From the NCBI GenBank assembly GCA_965225855.1, contig CBDDCK010000005.1:384001-448000 (forward strand): DNA of 64,000 nucleotides. Reading direction: 5' to 3'. Positions 19,031 through 28,966 of the stretch are shown here, piece after piece. A program made the position numbers and the translations under genes. The stretch comes from Spirochaetia bacterium (lineage in GTDB: Bacteria > Spirochaetota > Spirochaetia > SP-2023). The notes beneath the pieces are model-generated. The model did not search any database. It was not told the origin of the DNA and saw only the letters and a list, made by a program, of their open reading frames with translations. Each line of letters begins with the position of its first letter. The first letter of the stretch is position 1.

Positions 19031-19278
19031 AAAGGCCAAACAAAGGCCAAACAAAGGCCAACACCCTTAAGCCTTTTGATTGGCATGGATTTTGAACCAC
19101 CTTACAACACTAAACAACACTAACACACAAAAAAAGTGCCCAAAACATAAAAAAGCACAAAAAAACTTACAAAAAGCTTATATAGGCCTTGACGCAACAC
19201 CCCCCTAGCAAAATGGGGCGCTGTACACTAGCCCGTATGGGTTGGCTAATCTTTATCCATTTGTTGGAGGTATTGCTT

Positions 19279-21399
19279 ATGTATAAGCACAAACTATTTT
19301 TATTGCCTGTAGCCTGGCTACTGGCCTTTATGGCCTTGGCCTGCGCCCCACCCGATGACGATGATGCGCCATCTTCTGGGCCGTCTGGGCCTGCAATCAC
19401 CAGTGCAAGCTACGATGTTGGCACGGCTCTGTTAACCGTACAAGGTACTGACTTAAGTCCTACAGAAGCCCAAATCCAAACTATCACGGTAGCTGGCGTA
19501 GCCTTAAGTTCCTATACTGCAGATGACGATGCCACTGGGGTAAATAGTAACGGTCTTGAACAAGGTAAGTACCGTATTAAAAGCGATGGCACAGCGCTTT
19601 GGCTTAGACTTACCGATCGACATAAAGCTACTCTGAATGGCAAGGTGGATAGCAATGGTCTAAAAAAAGGCTTGCTTACTAGCTCTGGTGCTTGGGCGGG
19701 TTTAGATACAGCCAAAGACTTAACCGTTAGGAATATACCCGCAGCCGAACAAGTCGATGATCAATCGCCTAAGCAAACTGAAGATAAGCAGTCGCCTAAG
19801 TTACCCGAAGCCGAACAAACCGAAGAAGTCGATGATGAATCGCCTAAGCAACCTAAAGACAAACAAGTCGAACAAGCTGAAGAAGAGTCGCCTAAGCAAC
19901 CTAAAGCTGAAGATCAGTCGCCTGAAGCTGCAATTACCGGTGCAACCTACAATGTTGGCACGGCGCTGTTAACCGTACAAGGTTCTAACTTAAGTGCTAC
20001 AACTGCGACCCAAGCCCAAATCCAAACCATCACGGTAGATGGGGTAGACTTAAATTCCTATATTGCAGATGGCACAGCCACTGGACCAGATAGTCGCGGT
20101 CTTGCAAAAGGTAAGTACCGCATTAAAAACGATGGCACAGCGCTTTGGCTTTACCTTACCGATACCGATAAAGCTACTCTGAATGGCAAGGACGGTATGA
20201 ATACCAATGGTCTAAAAGATGGGTTGCTTAGCGTTGGCACTGGTACTTGGGCGGGTTTAGATACAGCCAAAGCCTTGGCCGTTAGTGGTAACCCCGCACC
20301 CGCAATTACCAGTGCAACCTATGATGTTGGTACAGGCGAGTTATATATTAGAGGTGTCAAGTTACCGAAATTATTTGCAAGATGGGACTTTAGCAAATTG
20401 ACGCTTGTATCCGGTGATGGTAGTAATAGATACACATTACCAAGGCACGCAACTGCAGGTGAAAACACAGCCTCAGGTTCTCGTGTAGGTACAACCTACT
20501 TAAGTATTACTTTAAGCGGTAGTGTAAAAGCGGAAGCCGAGAAGATACTGGTTAACGATGGTGTTCGTGATAATAATGGTGCATACAACCTGGAAGCAGC
20601 AGCAGGATTTGCAGGTGGTAGCGCAGAAGACACAAGTAACCCTATTACCGTTAGTGGGTATAATATCATCAGCAAAGCAACCTACGATGCTAATACAGGC
20701 GAGTTAATTATTTTCGGTATCGGTAAACGTTTACCGGAAACAGTTGCAGAATGGGACTTTAGCAAATTGACGCTTGTATCCGGTGATGGTAGTAAGAGAT
20801 ACACATTACCAAGGCACGCAACTGCAGGTGAAAACACAGCCTCAGGTTCTCGTGTAAGTGCAACATTCTTAGCGATTACTTTAAGCGGTAGTGTAAAAGC
20901 GGAAGCCGAGAAGATACTGGTTAACGATGGTGTTCGTGATGCTAATGGTGCATACAACCTGGAAGCAGCAGCAGAATTTGTATCTGGTAGGGTAGCAGAA
21001 ACCAGCAACCCTATTACCGTTAGTGGCTACGTAAGCCAGATCGAATACGTATTATACACAACTATTAATGGCCAGTTAACTATTAGAGGTACGAGGTTAC
21101 CGACAGCAGTTGCAGATTGGGACTTTAGCAAATTGACGCTTGTATCCGGTGATGGTAGTAATAGATACACATTACCCCGGCACTCAACTGTAGGTGAAAA
21201 CAAAGCCACAGGTTCTAGTGCAAGTGGAACAAACTTAGTGATTACTTTAAGCGGTAGTGTAAAAGCGGAAGTCGAGAAGATACTGGTTAAGGCTGGTTTT
21301 CGTGATAATGCTGGTGCATACAACCTGGAAGCAGCAGCAGAATTTATATCTGGTAGTCGAGAAGACCTAAAAAATGCTATTAAAGTTATAGATTGGTAA
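19279..21399 (+). CDS. Surface lipoprotein family copy 2 (A-linker-A-B-B-B)
   Basis: Same RBS, signal peptide and lipobox as copy 1; two A and three B domains. Confidence 0.9.
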   Translation: MYKHKLFLLPVAWLLAFMALACAPPDDDDAPSSGPSGPAITSASYDVGTALLTVQGTDLSPTEAQIQTITVAGVALSSYTADDDATGVNSNGLEQGKYRIKSDGTALWLRLTDRHKATLNGKVDSNGLKKGLLTSSGAWAGLDTAKDLTVRNIPAAEQVDDQSPKQTEDKQSPKLPEAEQTEEVDDESPKQPKDKQVEQAEEESPKQPKAEDQSPEAAITGATYNVGTALLTVQGSNLSATTATQAQIQTITVDGVDLNSYIADGTATGPDSRGLAKGKYRIKNDGTALWLYLTDTDKATLNGKDGMNTNGLKDGLLSVGTGTWAGLDTAKALAVSGNPAPAITSATYDVGTGELYIRGVKLPKLFARWDFSKLTLVSGDGSNRYTLPRHATAGENTASGSRVGTTYLSITLSGSVKAEAEKILVNDGVRDNNGAYNLEAAAGFAGGSAEDTSNPITVSGYNIISKATYDANTGELIIFGIGKRLPETVAEWDFSKLTLVSGDGSKRYTLPRHATAGENTASGSRVSATFLAITLSGSVKAEAEKILVNDGVRDANGAYNLEAAAEFVSGRVAETSNPITVSGYVSQIEYVLYTTINGQLTIRGTRLPTAVADWDFSKLTLVSGDGSNRYTLPRHSTVGENKATGSSASGTNLVITLSGSVKAEVEKILVKAGFRDNAGAYNLEAAAEFISGSREDLKNAIKVIDW

Positions 21400-21702
21400 G
21401 TAGGGTTTGGTTGTTGCAACGTTTGCATTTGAAAATTGCAACCTTGGTAAGTTTTTTAGCAAGGTTGCTTTTGCCAATTATAGCCTTGGTATGGAGAAAA
21501 TACCAAGGCTGTAAAAAAATTTATTAAGGCTACAAATTTTTTTGTCAAGGCTGTAAATTTTTTTATTAAGGCTGCTTTTGCCAATTCCAGCCTTGGTAAA
21601 TTTTTTTATCAAGGTTGCTTTTGCCAATTATAGCCATTCTGGAAAGTAGAAAAAAATCGAGTTATCACGTCCGATGGCACAAAGTTATCACGTCCTGCAT
21701 CA

Positions 21703-21934
21703 AGATATTGATGGTTTTGGCCTTATGCCGTACAGAAATGAGTTATATGGGTCTGGCTTTTGTTCCAGCGTGATTCCCCAATTGCCGTTGTGTGAATATG
21801 CTTTGGCTGAATTACAGTGGCTAATGACGCAGGCCAATAATAAAGCCAGTGCGGAGGATGATTTCTACGGTCAGCCACATCAAAGTTGGCAGGAAATTCA
21901 TTCTGCTTGAATAAAGAAGATATTTACCGTAAGG
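21703..21934 (+). repeat. 232-bp direct repeat, right copy
   Basis: Starts immediately after the terminal CA at 21701-21702; near-identical to 18010-18241. Confidence 0.95.
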
Positions 21935-22037
21935 ATTGGCAGCAGGCTCAACGCTATTTGCGCAAACATCCTATCTTCGGTATTAAACTTTTATTACAGC
22001 CCAAGAAGAGGGAGTCTAAGCCCATTCCCTTTTAAAC

Positions 22038-22724
22038 TTACCGACCCAAATATTGTAAAATTTTTGATTGGATTGTATCTCGGTTTTGGTCAGCATTTAA
22101 GCAGTGGATTTGCATATCTGGGGCAATTTGGCGAAAGTGTTGGATAACATCTAAGTAGGCTTGATGTACACGAGTGAGAAAACCGATAGTTTCAAAAATC
22201 TCTGTTGGGCAATGCTCTTTGGCTTCGCGCTGGGCAATGCGTTGGGCTGCTTTCTCGGCGGGTATATCCATATAAATAAAATACTGCGGTATAGGAAAAT
22301 GGCGATTTAATTGCCAAATTTGGGCCAGCGGTGTGCTTTGGCCTTGATAGACTAAAGAAGAAAATAAATAGCGTTCTGAAATACAAATATAGCCGTTTTG
22401 AATTTGTTTGGAAATCACCTGTATATGTTGGGCACGATCATCTGCAAAATACTGGGGGAGATTATGCCTTTCTGTCATAAGTTCGGGACTATCTGCTTGC
22501 TTTTGCAACAAAAAACGAATCTGCTGGCCAATTGGCCCTGAACTGGGCTCTGTGCTACGCTCACAAGCAATATTTTGCTTTACGAAATATTGTTCGAGCA
22601 AACGAGCTTGGGTTGAGCTGCCCGAGCCATCAATTCCTTCTATTACGATAAAATTTTTTATTATGGTAGGGTGCTCATAGCCATAGTTTAGCTGGGAAAG
22701 TTGTTGAGTAAAACTTTGAATCAT
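22038..22724 (-). CDS. tmk: Thymidylate kinase
   Basis: FIVIEGIDGSGSSTQ, EPS, FADDRAQH, SERYLFSSLVYQ, EIFE. Confidence 0.92.
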   Translation of the reverse strand: MIQSFTQQLSQLNYGYEHPTIIKNFIVIEGIDGSGSSTQARLLEQYFVKQNIACERSTEPSSGPIGQQIRFLLQKQADSPELMTERHNLPQYFADDRAQHIQVISKQIQNGYICISERYLFSSLVYQGQSTPLAQIWQLNRHFPIPQYFIYMDIPAEKAAQRIAQREAKEHCPTEIFETIGFLTRVHQAYLDVIQHFRQIAPDMQIHCLNADQNRDTIQSKILQYLGR

Positions 22725-22729
22725 CTGCG

Positions 22730-23623
22730 TTATTTATGTTTTTGCAACAGGCTGCGAAAACCGTTATAAGGTTTATCTGCCTGCGAAAATAGTTGGAGTA
22801 AAACATCATGAAGCTCTGGCGCGCTAGCTAATACCGAGTAGGGAAAATCTTTTTGTGTGCCGTATAAATCCGTATATTTGCCGCCAGCCTCTTCTAAAAT
22901 TAAGCAAGCTGCAGCTACGTCATAAAGGTTTAAGCCAATTTCCCAAAAACCATCATAAACTCCGGCTGCCACCAAACAAATATCCAAAGCGGCTGAACCC
23001 AAACGCCGAATATCGCTGACATGCGGCAGTATATAACCTAAATATAAATAGTTATTTGGCTGGATTCCCGCGCGCAAACAACCAAAACCGGTAATTAGTA
23101 CAGAACTAGCCAGTTGATTTTGCGGGCTTTCTTTGGGCTTTTCTTCCTGCAAACGCTTGGGCTCTATCAATTGGTAGCTTGAATCATTGCTAGTTTGCAC
23201 CCCATAATGCCAAGCTCCGCAACCGCGTTCGGCCATGTATAATTCAGCTAAAGCTGGCCCATAAACGGCTGCCAAAATAGTTTGGCCATTATGTTGCAGA
23301 GTAATGCTCACGCTGTAGTAAGTAAAGCCTTTGACAAAGTTTACAGTACCATCAATGGGGTCTATCAACCAACAATACTCTTCTTGTAACTGCGTTTTGT
23401 CCAGCTTCTCACCAAACTCCTCGCCTATGATTTTGTGCTGGGGAAATTGCGTTTGAATTTGCTGCCGAATAAAATGCTCTACATTTTCATCGGCTTCCGA
23501 AACCAAATCCCGCACGGTATGGTTTTTAGAGCGGACAGCTAGCCCAGCTAAATCCTTGCGGAATTGCAGGCTAAGCTGTCCAGCAGAAATAATCAATTGT
23601 TCTAAGAAAATGCGAAATTCCAT
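22730..23623 (-). CDS. suhB: Inositol monophosphatase family protein
   Basis: DLVSEAD, IGEE, WLIDPIDGTVNF, RRLGSAALD, YDVAAACLILEEAGG. Confidence 0.9.
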   Translation of the reverse strand: MEFRIFLEQLIISAGQLSLQFRKDLAGLAVRSKNHTVRDLVSEADENVEHFIRQQIQTQFPQHKIIGEEFGEKLDKTQLQEEYCWLIDPIDGTVNFVKGFTYYSVSITLQHNGQTILAAVYGPALAELYMAERGCGAWHYGVQTSNDSSYQLIEPKRLQEEKPKESPQNQLASSVLITGFGCLRAGIQPNNYLYLGYILPHVSDIRRLGSAALDICLVAAGVYDGFWEIGLNLYDVAAACLILEEAGGKYTDLYGTQKDFPYSVLASAPELHDVLLQLFSQADKPYNGFRSLLQKHK

Positions 23624-23664
23624 TGCTTATTCGTGCGCAACTGTCAATGAGCAATCGTCAATAA

Positions 23665-25254
23665 TCAATTTGCTTCACCAGCTGGCGCATTATCATCTTC
23701 GGTCGCCCCCCGTTCTTGAGCCAATTGGTCATATGTTTTATAAGGCGTGCGCTTGTTAAAACCATTGTGCGGCGAACGGAATCGCAGAGCCAATTCTGCT
23801 CCCCAAAAATCTTTAGCCACTGTATTTAAATGGATAGCAGCCTGGAATTGAAACGACCCTAAATTGAGCATAAGCCCAGGCGAGAAATTGCTGTTGTAAT
23901 ACTGCAAAGTAACACGCAAAGCGTTGTTAAATAGCCCTACACCGGCGAGCAAGCGCAGGTGGTCGATAGGGTCAAACAAGGCCGAGTAGGGGCTTTGGCC
24001 ACCTTTGAATAAGCCACGCAGTTGGATAATTTCCAAACCGCCAAACACTTGCAAAATTTTGGGGAATTGATGTTCGGCATAAACGCCCCAGTCAAAATCT
24101 ATAGCGTAGCGCACTTTATCGCCCTTGCTGCTAAAAGGTATGTTAAAACCGAGCAAGTCGGAAATTTTTAAGCCTGCGTGGAGAAATTTCAACTGGGGCA
24201 TGATTGCGCCAAAATGGTATTGCACGCCAAAGTCTAAGCCTAAGTTCACACCCACTAGTGAAGTTAGGGCATCGCTAAGTACCTTATTGGCATCAACCCC
24301 GCTGTCATTAGCCGAGTTAGAGATTAAATTCCCCAGCGAGTTTTGATTCATACCGATGTAAGGGGCAAATTTAAGGCCCAAACCAAAGGTAAAGCCGGGC
24401 AGCGCTTCATTAAAATCGTGGGCAAACGCTAAACGCAGCGGCGTTGTAAAATACACTTGTAGCCCTAGCGGAACGTTTGCTTTTAGCTTAATTCCTTTGA
24501 TTGTCATGGATAAGGGCATGGAAACCGATTTTACGTTGTTGCGGAAAACGGCTTTTTCTTCAATGCCAAAGTAAAAACCCCAGGCTAATGGCTTGTAGTC
24601 ATTGACATGGCTTAGTGAAAGAGTACGGGCATACAACTCAAGACCCAAGTCCCCCACGCTTTTACTGATTTTATCTATCATTACATCGGTAAGTTCGCTT
24701 ACAACGTCTGCTGCGTCTTTTAGGTTATCTACCAATTTCTCCTTATCATCACGTGATAAATCCTTGATTTTTTGAATAGTTAAATTGTCTTTACCCTGTA
24801 GAGAGTCAATATCATTTACCAGTCGATCATAAGCCTTATCGGTTAGCGATTTTATTAGCTCTACGGTTTTATCATCACCTGTAGGGTCTTCACTGAGTAA
24901 CTTGGTTAAATTCGTTACAAATTTAAATTCATCGATAATTCTGTCGCTAATTTTGCTGGGGTCTTGCAATAGCTCCCAAGTATCGGCCGTTAAAAATGCA
25001 TCTGCAGATACGACTTCGGTGATCCATTCATGTTTTTTGCCTGCTTTATTTTTATCTTGCAAAAGGCTATGCCGTTCTTCTTTGTTTTTAATACCCGCAG
25101 GGTTGGACAAAATTGAGCTAGCTTGGCCGGGTTCGGCCACCATGGCGTCCATGCCCCCACGCCGCCATTCATCGGTAGGGGCTTGGGCAAACAAATGGCC
25201 TCCAGTAAACCAAACTGAAAACAGTATTGCTAATAGTTTATTTTTGTTGTTCAT
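23665..25254 (-). CDS. Exported, probable outer-membrane protein
   Basis: Signal peptide, GGM...NPAG N-terminal motif typical of FadL/TraF-like barrels, and amphipathic beta-strand-rich C-terminal half. Confidence 0.6.
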   Translation of the reverse strand: MNNKNKLLAILFSVWFTGGHLFAQAPTDEWRRGGMDAMVAEPGQASSILSNPAGIKNKEERHSLLQDKNKAGKKHEWITEVVSADAFLTADTWELLQDPSKISDRIIDEFKFVTNLTKLLSEDPTGDDKTVELIKSLTDKAYDRLVNDIDSLQGKDNLTIQKIKDLSRDDKEKLVDNLKDAADVVSELTDVMIDKISKSVGDLGLELYARTLSLSHVNDYKPLAWGFYFGIEEKAVFRNNVKSVSMPLSMTIKGIKLKANVPLGLQVYFTTPLRLAFAHDFNEALPGFTFGLGLKFAPYIGMNQNSLGNLISNSANDSGVDANKVLSDALTSLVGVNLGLDFGVQYHFGAIMPQLKFLHAGLKISDLLGFNIPFSSKGDKVRYAIDFDWGVYAEHQFPKILQVFGGLEIIQLRGLFKGGQSPYSALFDPIDHLRLLAGVGLFNNALRVTLQYYNSNFSPGLMLNLGSFQFQAAIHLNTVAKDFWGAELALRFRSPHNGFNKRTPYKTYDQLAQERGATEDDNAPAGEAN

Positions 25255-25536
25255 TATATCTCCTAGAAAATTCAACGAGCCAATTTACGGTGGGAATAAA
25301 GTAAAAATACTTTACCATTATTGCAAGAGAAATCGTTGAGAATTTTAAAAAACCCAATAACTATTTTTGTTCAAGTTTCATTCAAAGAATAGCTCACTTG
25401 GTAAAAAATTAGTAAAAAAATTTGGTAGTGAGTTTATGGAGCTCTACTATCATAGGAAAAATGCTGTTGGAAAAATTTCGTTCCAGTACTGGAAAAATCC
25501 TTTGTTTGCGTTACAGTATGCTGTGAAAATTTCTTT

Positions 25537-28500
25537 GTGATAGTGGAAAACAGAACAATGCACAATTACAATATCGTTTTAATTTTGTATTTACTTGCTG
25601 GGGGGATTGCTACTCCTTTTCATCTCTTGGCTCAAGACCTGAATCATGAGCTGCAAGACCCAGTATCCGCCCCAGATAATAACCGTGCGGTCTACTCGCT
25701 GCCTTCAGAAGGTTTGCAAAGTGCGGCTGCTTTGCTGGAGCTAACGGTAGAGCGTTTGCAGCAAGGGCAATATCAAGCGGCGTTTCAAGCTGCCGGCAAT
25801 TACTTGTTGCTCTATCCACAACACTATCGTATTGCTGAAGGCAATTTTTACCGTGCGGTTGCCCACTACCATTTAGGCCAACTAGAGCAAGCGCGCGTTG
25901 GTTTTAATGCTTTACTGACAGCCAGCTCACAGAAAGCGCGCCGTTTTGGGGTTTTCTACTGGTTGGGGTTATGCTCTTATCGCTTGGGTGAGCTAGACAC
26001 GGCTTATGATATTTGGTTACGGCAACTGCTCGTGCGCGAAGCGGGTGCAGCCGATTATTTGCAGCAAACGTATTTGGGCTTGGCCCAAGTATTGGCCCAG
26101 CGTGGGCAAGATGACCAAGCATTACAGTATTACCGCATGTTAGAAGGCAAGGCCAAACGCAAAGCTGGTTTTGTCTATGGTGGCTTGGCTTTGCGTTTGG
26201 GTTTGTATCATGAAGCCTACAATGCCTTTGGTTCTTATTTAATTCAAAAAAATATTGGGGCGGGCCCTTTGCGCTCTCAAGCCCTGTTCTACCAAGGGCA
26301 AGCAGCATTTTTTGCGGGTTTGCTTGTGCCGGCTAAGCAAAGTTTGGATACAGTTTTGCGCTTGTATAATAGCCGCGAGCGCTTGTTTTTAGCCGCTTTA
26401 CTGATGCGTTTGTGTATCGCACTGGGAGAACAAGATAACCAAACCGCCCAGCGTTTTTATGATCAAGCGGTGTTGTTAGAGCAACGCTACCGCCACGGCA
26501 TGAAGGATTGGTTGAATGCGGTGGAACTGCCGTTATTTATGTTGCAAGGCTATTACCCTTTGGCTTTAAAGCACATGAAGGCAAAACTGGCACGTAGCCA
26601 AGGCAGCACTGAAAAGGAAATAGCCCGCTTTAATGTCGCTTTAGTGCAAGCCTTTGTCGATGTGCGCTATGCCACACGGCAACTACAAAAGCTAAAGCAG
26701 TCCTTTGTTTTGGATATTCGCGAACGAGCTTGGTTTCATTCAGCGCGTTTGCAAATTTCTTTCCCTTTGACGCGCTCTGTTGGCCTAGCCGAAATGGAGT
26801 CTTATTTGGCTGAATATCCCGAAGGGGTTTATGCCAAAGATGCTGTGCGCATTTTGTTGAGGATTTACCGCAGTGATCCCCAGCGTTTTTGGCTGCAAAC
26901 TTCGGTTTTGCTTGCTGGATTGGTGGAAGGCCATACCGGCCTTTGGAGTGTGGGCGAACGAGCCCGCTTGCATTTGTATTGGGCAGAAATGGCGCGCCAG
27001 TTAAACAACACGCGCGCAGCCCTAAAATATTTGCACCAAAGTTGGCAGTTGACCCCGCAACAGTTGGTGGGTTTGCAAGCTTATTACCGCACTGGTGCTA
27101 TTTATTTTGACCAAAGGCAATATAGCCGGGCTTTAGGGTATTTTCGAGAGGTACAGTTAAAATTGGCTACTTTGCCATCGGATTCTGCTAGTGTACAGGA
27201 AAACTTGCAGGGAGAGGCCCAAGAATTGTCTTTTTATACTGAATTGGCCATGGCCCAATCCTATGCTGGTGCGGGGGATTCCCACAAAGCATTGGCCCAG
27301 TTTCAACAGCTTATCCAAAAAAGCCGTGATGCTCGGCACAATGTGCAGCAAACCCAGTTGCAATTGGGCTTGGTCTATTTTTACCAAAAAGCCTACGGCC
27401 AAGCTGTAGATACTTTTGACGTAATTATTTCTCAAGGTACTTATCCCAGTAACCAGCCTGATATCTCCCCCGATCAATATCCGCCTGCGTTGATGGCTTT
27501 GTATTGGAAGGGTGAGGCTTTATTTCGCCAAGGTTTGTTTACTGCAGCAAGGCAAAGTTTCCGTCAGGCCAACGAAATTTATCCAGAAGCATTGGGGGCC
27601 AACGCCTATTTGCGTGCGGCCTTAGCGGCGAAAGCCGCCGAGGACTACCTTAGTGTCATTGAGGATTTACAGCAGGCTCAAAGATTTGTGGCAAAGGATA
27701 ACCTGTTGCAATTGCTCGATATTGATTTTAACTTGGTCAAATATAATTTATTGCTGCGCCGAGACGATGCGGCTATTGAGGCTGCAGAGCATTTATTGGA
27801 AAACATACCGCCAGCGTATGATTTTTTGGGGGAAGCTTTCTTAGAAATTGCAGAGCTACATTTTAACCAAGGGGACTTAAACCGCAGCAAAGCGGTTTTA
27901 AAGCTGTTAGAACAAAAATTTATCCGCAAGCTGCCCCCGCGCGAGAATCACAAACAAAAACGGTTAGAGGCCTACTTACAAGAGCAAAGTAGCTCTAGTA
28001 CTCCCCATTTTGGCAATATTTTGCTCGATAGTGATTTGAGTGCAAACCTCAAAGATGGTTTGTTTGATTTTGATACCAAAGATTTTATCCGCTTTTATAG
28101 TATGCACCCCATATCTTCAGAGAAAAGTATGGGGAGTAATAATGCGACTGTGCTGGAGGATAATATAAACTTTTATGTGCAGAGTAATGCCAATCAAGAT
28201 GGTGAGGTGATGCGTTCTTCCATATTTTCGGGCCTGTATTTATTGGGCATTATCCATGCGGAAGAACAAGATATTTTTGAGGCTACACAATATTTTTTGC
28301 AATATCTAAAAAAGGAACCTTTAGGCCCTTATGCCTTTTCTGCTATAAATAGCGTACTGCGTTTGCTGCCAGAATTAAATACCCGATATACTCGCAAGCT
28401 ATATACGCAGCTAAGAAATGCCCGCTTGGGCGATGCTTTGAGTTCTCTGTTGTTTGTGCGTTATTGGTCTTTGCAAGATGAGACGCCAAAGAAAAAACGC

Positions 28501-28923
28501 GCCTTGGAAAAAATAATCAAGCAAACACTTTCTATCAATGCACGCAAAGAAGCCATGTATCATCTAGCTGTGTATTACCGCAAGCAAGGGAATTTAGAAC
28601 GCTCTGGTCAGCTTTTGTTAAATTTGCGCAATATTCGTGGCGGCAATTTGGCTTTGGACCCAGAGAATCATTGGGCTGGGCTTGCCAATTTGGAGCTGGG
28701 CCGCAGTGCTTACCGTGAAGGCAATATCAATGATGCTAAACTATTTTTTAAAGCTATAACCCAGCAAGCCCAAGGCATTGAGGCCCAGCCAGAAACTTTA
28801 GCCGAGGCCTTGTATTGGTTAGCCAGTATTGCCCATTTTGAGGGCAATCCAAATGAAGTGCAACACTACCGCCAAAGTTTGCAAGAGCTTGCCCCCGGAA
28901 GTGAGTGGCTACGCAAACTTTAG
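25537..28923 (+). CDS. Large exported tetratricopeptide-repeat protein
   Basis: Signal peptide and many TPR motifs (FYWLGLCSYRLG, ALFYQGQA, ALYWKGEALFRQG, EALYWLA). Confidence 0.85.
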   Translation: MIVENRTMHNYNIVLILYLLAGGIATPFHLLAQDLNHELQDPVSAPDNNRAVYSLPSEGLQSAAALLELTVERLQQGQYQAAFQAAGNYLLLYPQHYRIAEGNFYRAVAHYHLGQLEQARVGFNALLTASSQKARRFGVFYWLGLCSYRLGELDTAYDIWLRQLLVREAGAADYLQQTYLGLAQVLAQRGQDDQALQYYRMLEGKAKRKAGFVYGGLALRLGLYHEAYNAFGSYLIQKNIGAGPLRSQALFYQGQAAFFAGLLVPAKQSLDTVLRLYNSRERLFLAALLMRLCIALGEQDNQTAQRFYDQAVLLEQRYRHGMKDWLNAVELPLFMLQGYYPLALKHMKAKLARSQGSTEKEIARFNVALVQAFVDVRYATRQLQKLKQSFVLDIRERAWFHSARLQISFPLTRSVGLAEMESYLAEYPEGVYAKDAVRILLRIYRSDPQRFWLQTSVLLAGLVEGHTGLWSVGERARLHLYWAEMARQLNNTRAALKYLHQSWQLTPQQLVGLQAYYRTGAIYFDQRQYSRALGYFREVQLKLATLPSDSASVQENLQGEAQELSFYTELAMAQSYAGAGDSHKALAQFQQLIQKSRDARHNVQQTQLQLGLVYFYQKAYGQAVDTFDVIISQGTYPSNQPDISPDQYPPALMALYWKGEALFRQGLFTAARQSFRQANEIYPEALGANAYLRAALAAKAAEDYLSVIEDLQQAQRFVAKDNLLQLLDIDFNLVKYNLLLRRDDAAIEAAEHLLENIPPAYDFLGEAFLEIAELHFNQGDLNRSKAVLKLLEQKFIRKLPPRENHKQKRLEAYLQEQSSSSTPHFGNILLDSDLSANLKDGLFDFDTKDFIRFYSMHPISSEKSMGSNNATVLEDNINFYVQSNANQDGEVMRSSIFSGLYLLGIIHAEEQDIFEATQYFLQYLKKEPLGPYAFSAINSVLRLLPELNTRYTRKLYTQLRNARLGDALSSLLFVRYWSLQDETPKKKRALEKIIKQTLSINARKEAMYHLAVYYRKQGNLERSGQLLLNLRNIRGGNLALDPENHWAGLANLELGRSAYREGNINDAKLFFKAITQQAQGIEAQPETLAEALYWLASIAHFEGNPNEVQHYRQSLQELAPGSEWLRKL

Positions 28924-28966
28924 GGAATCCTTAATATTCTGTTTTCATTGTAAAATTTAGGAAAAT

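Larger units (their letters stand above)
18242..21702 (+). mobile_element. Non-autonomous transposon-like cassette carrying lipoprotein copy 2
   Basis: Left end TGAAAGAGGACATGATAACTT versus reverse complement of right end TGATGCAGGACGTGATAACTT. GACRTGATAACT boxes at 18250/18273 and, inverted, 21660/21683. Exact abutment of 232-bp direct repeats. No transposase inside. Confidence 0.85.
17840..22036 (+). pseudogene. Decayed gene interrupted by the 18242-21702 element
   Basis: Fragmentary + frames at about 17840-18241. The frame LNKEDIYRK inside the direct repeat continues after the right-hand repeat as DWQQAQRYLRKHPIFG..., consistent with insertion into one former ORF. Product unknown. Confidence 0.45.

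Noticed and set aside
19189..19278. Extended N termini of the lipoproteins given by the ORF track
   Set aside because: A conserved GGAGGT RBS precedes the MYK ATG in all four copies and yields a clean 21-residue signal peptide; the extensions run through the leader.
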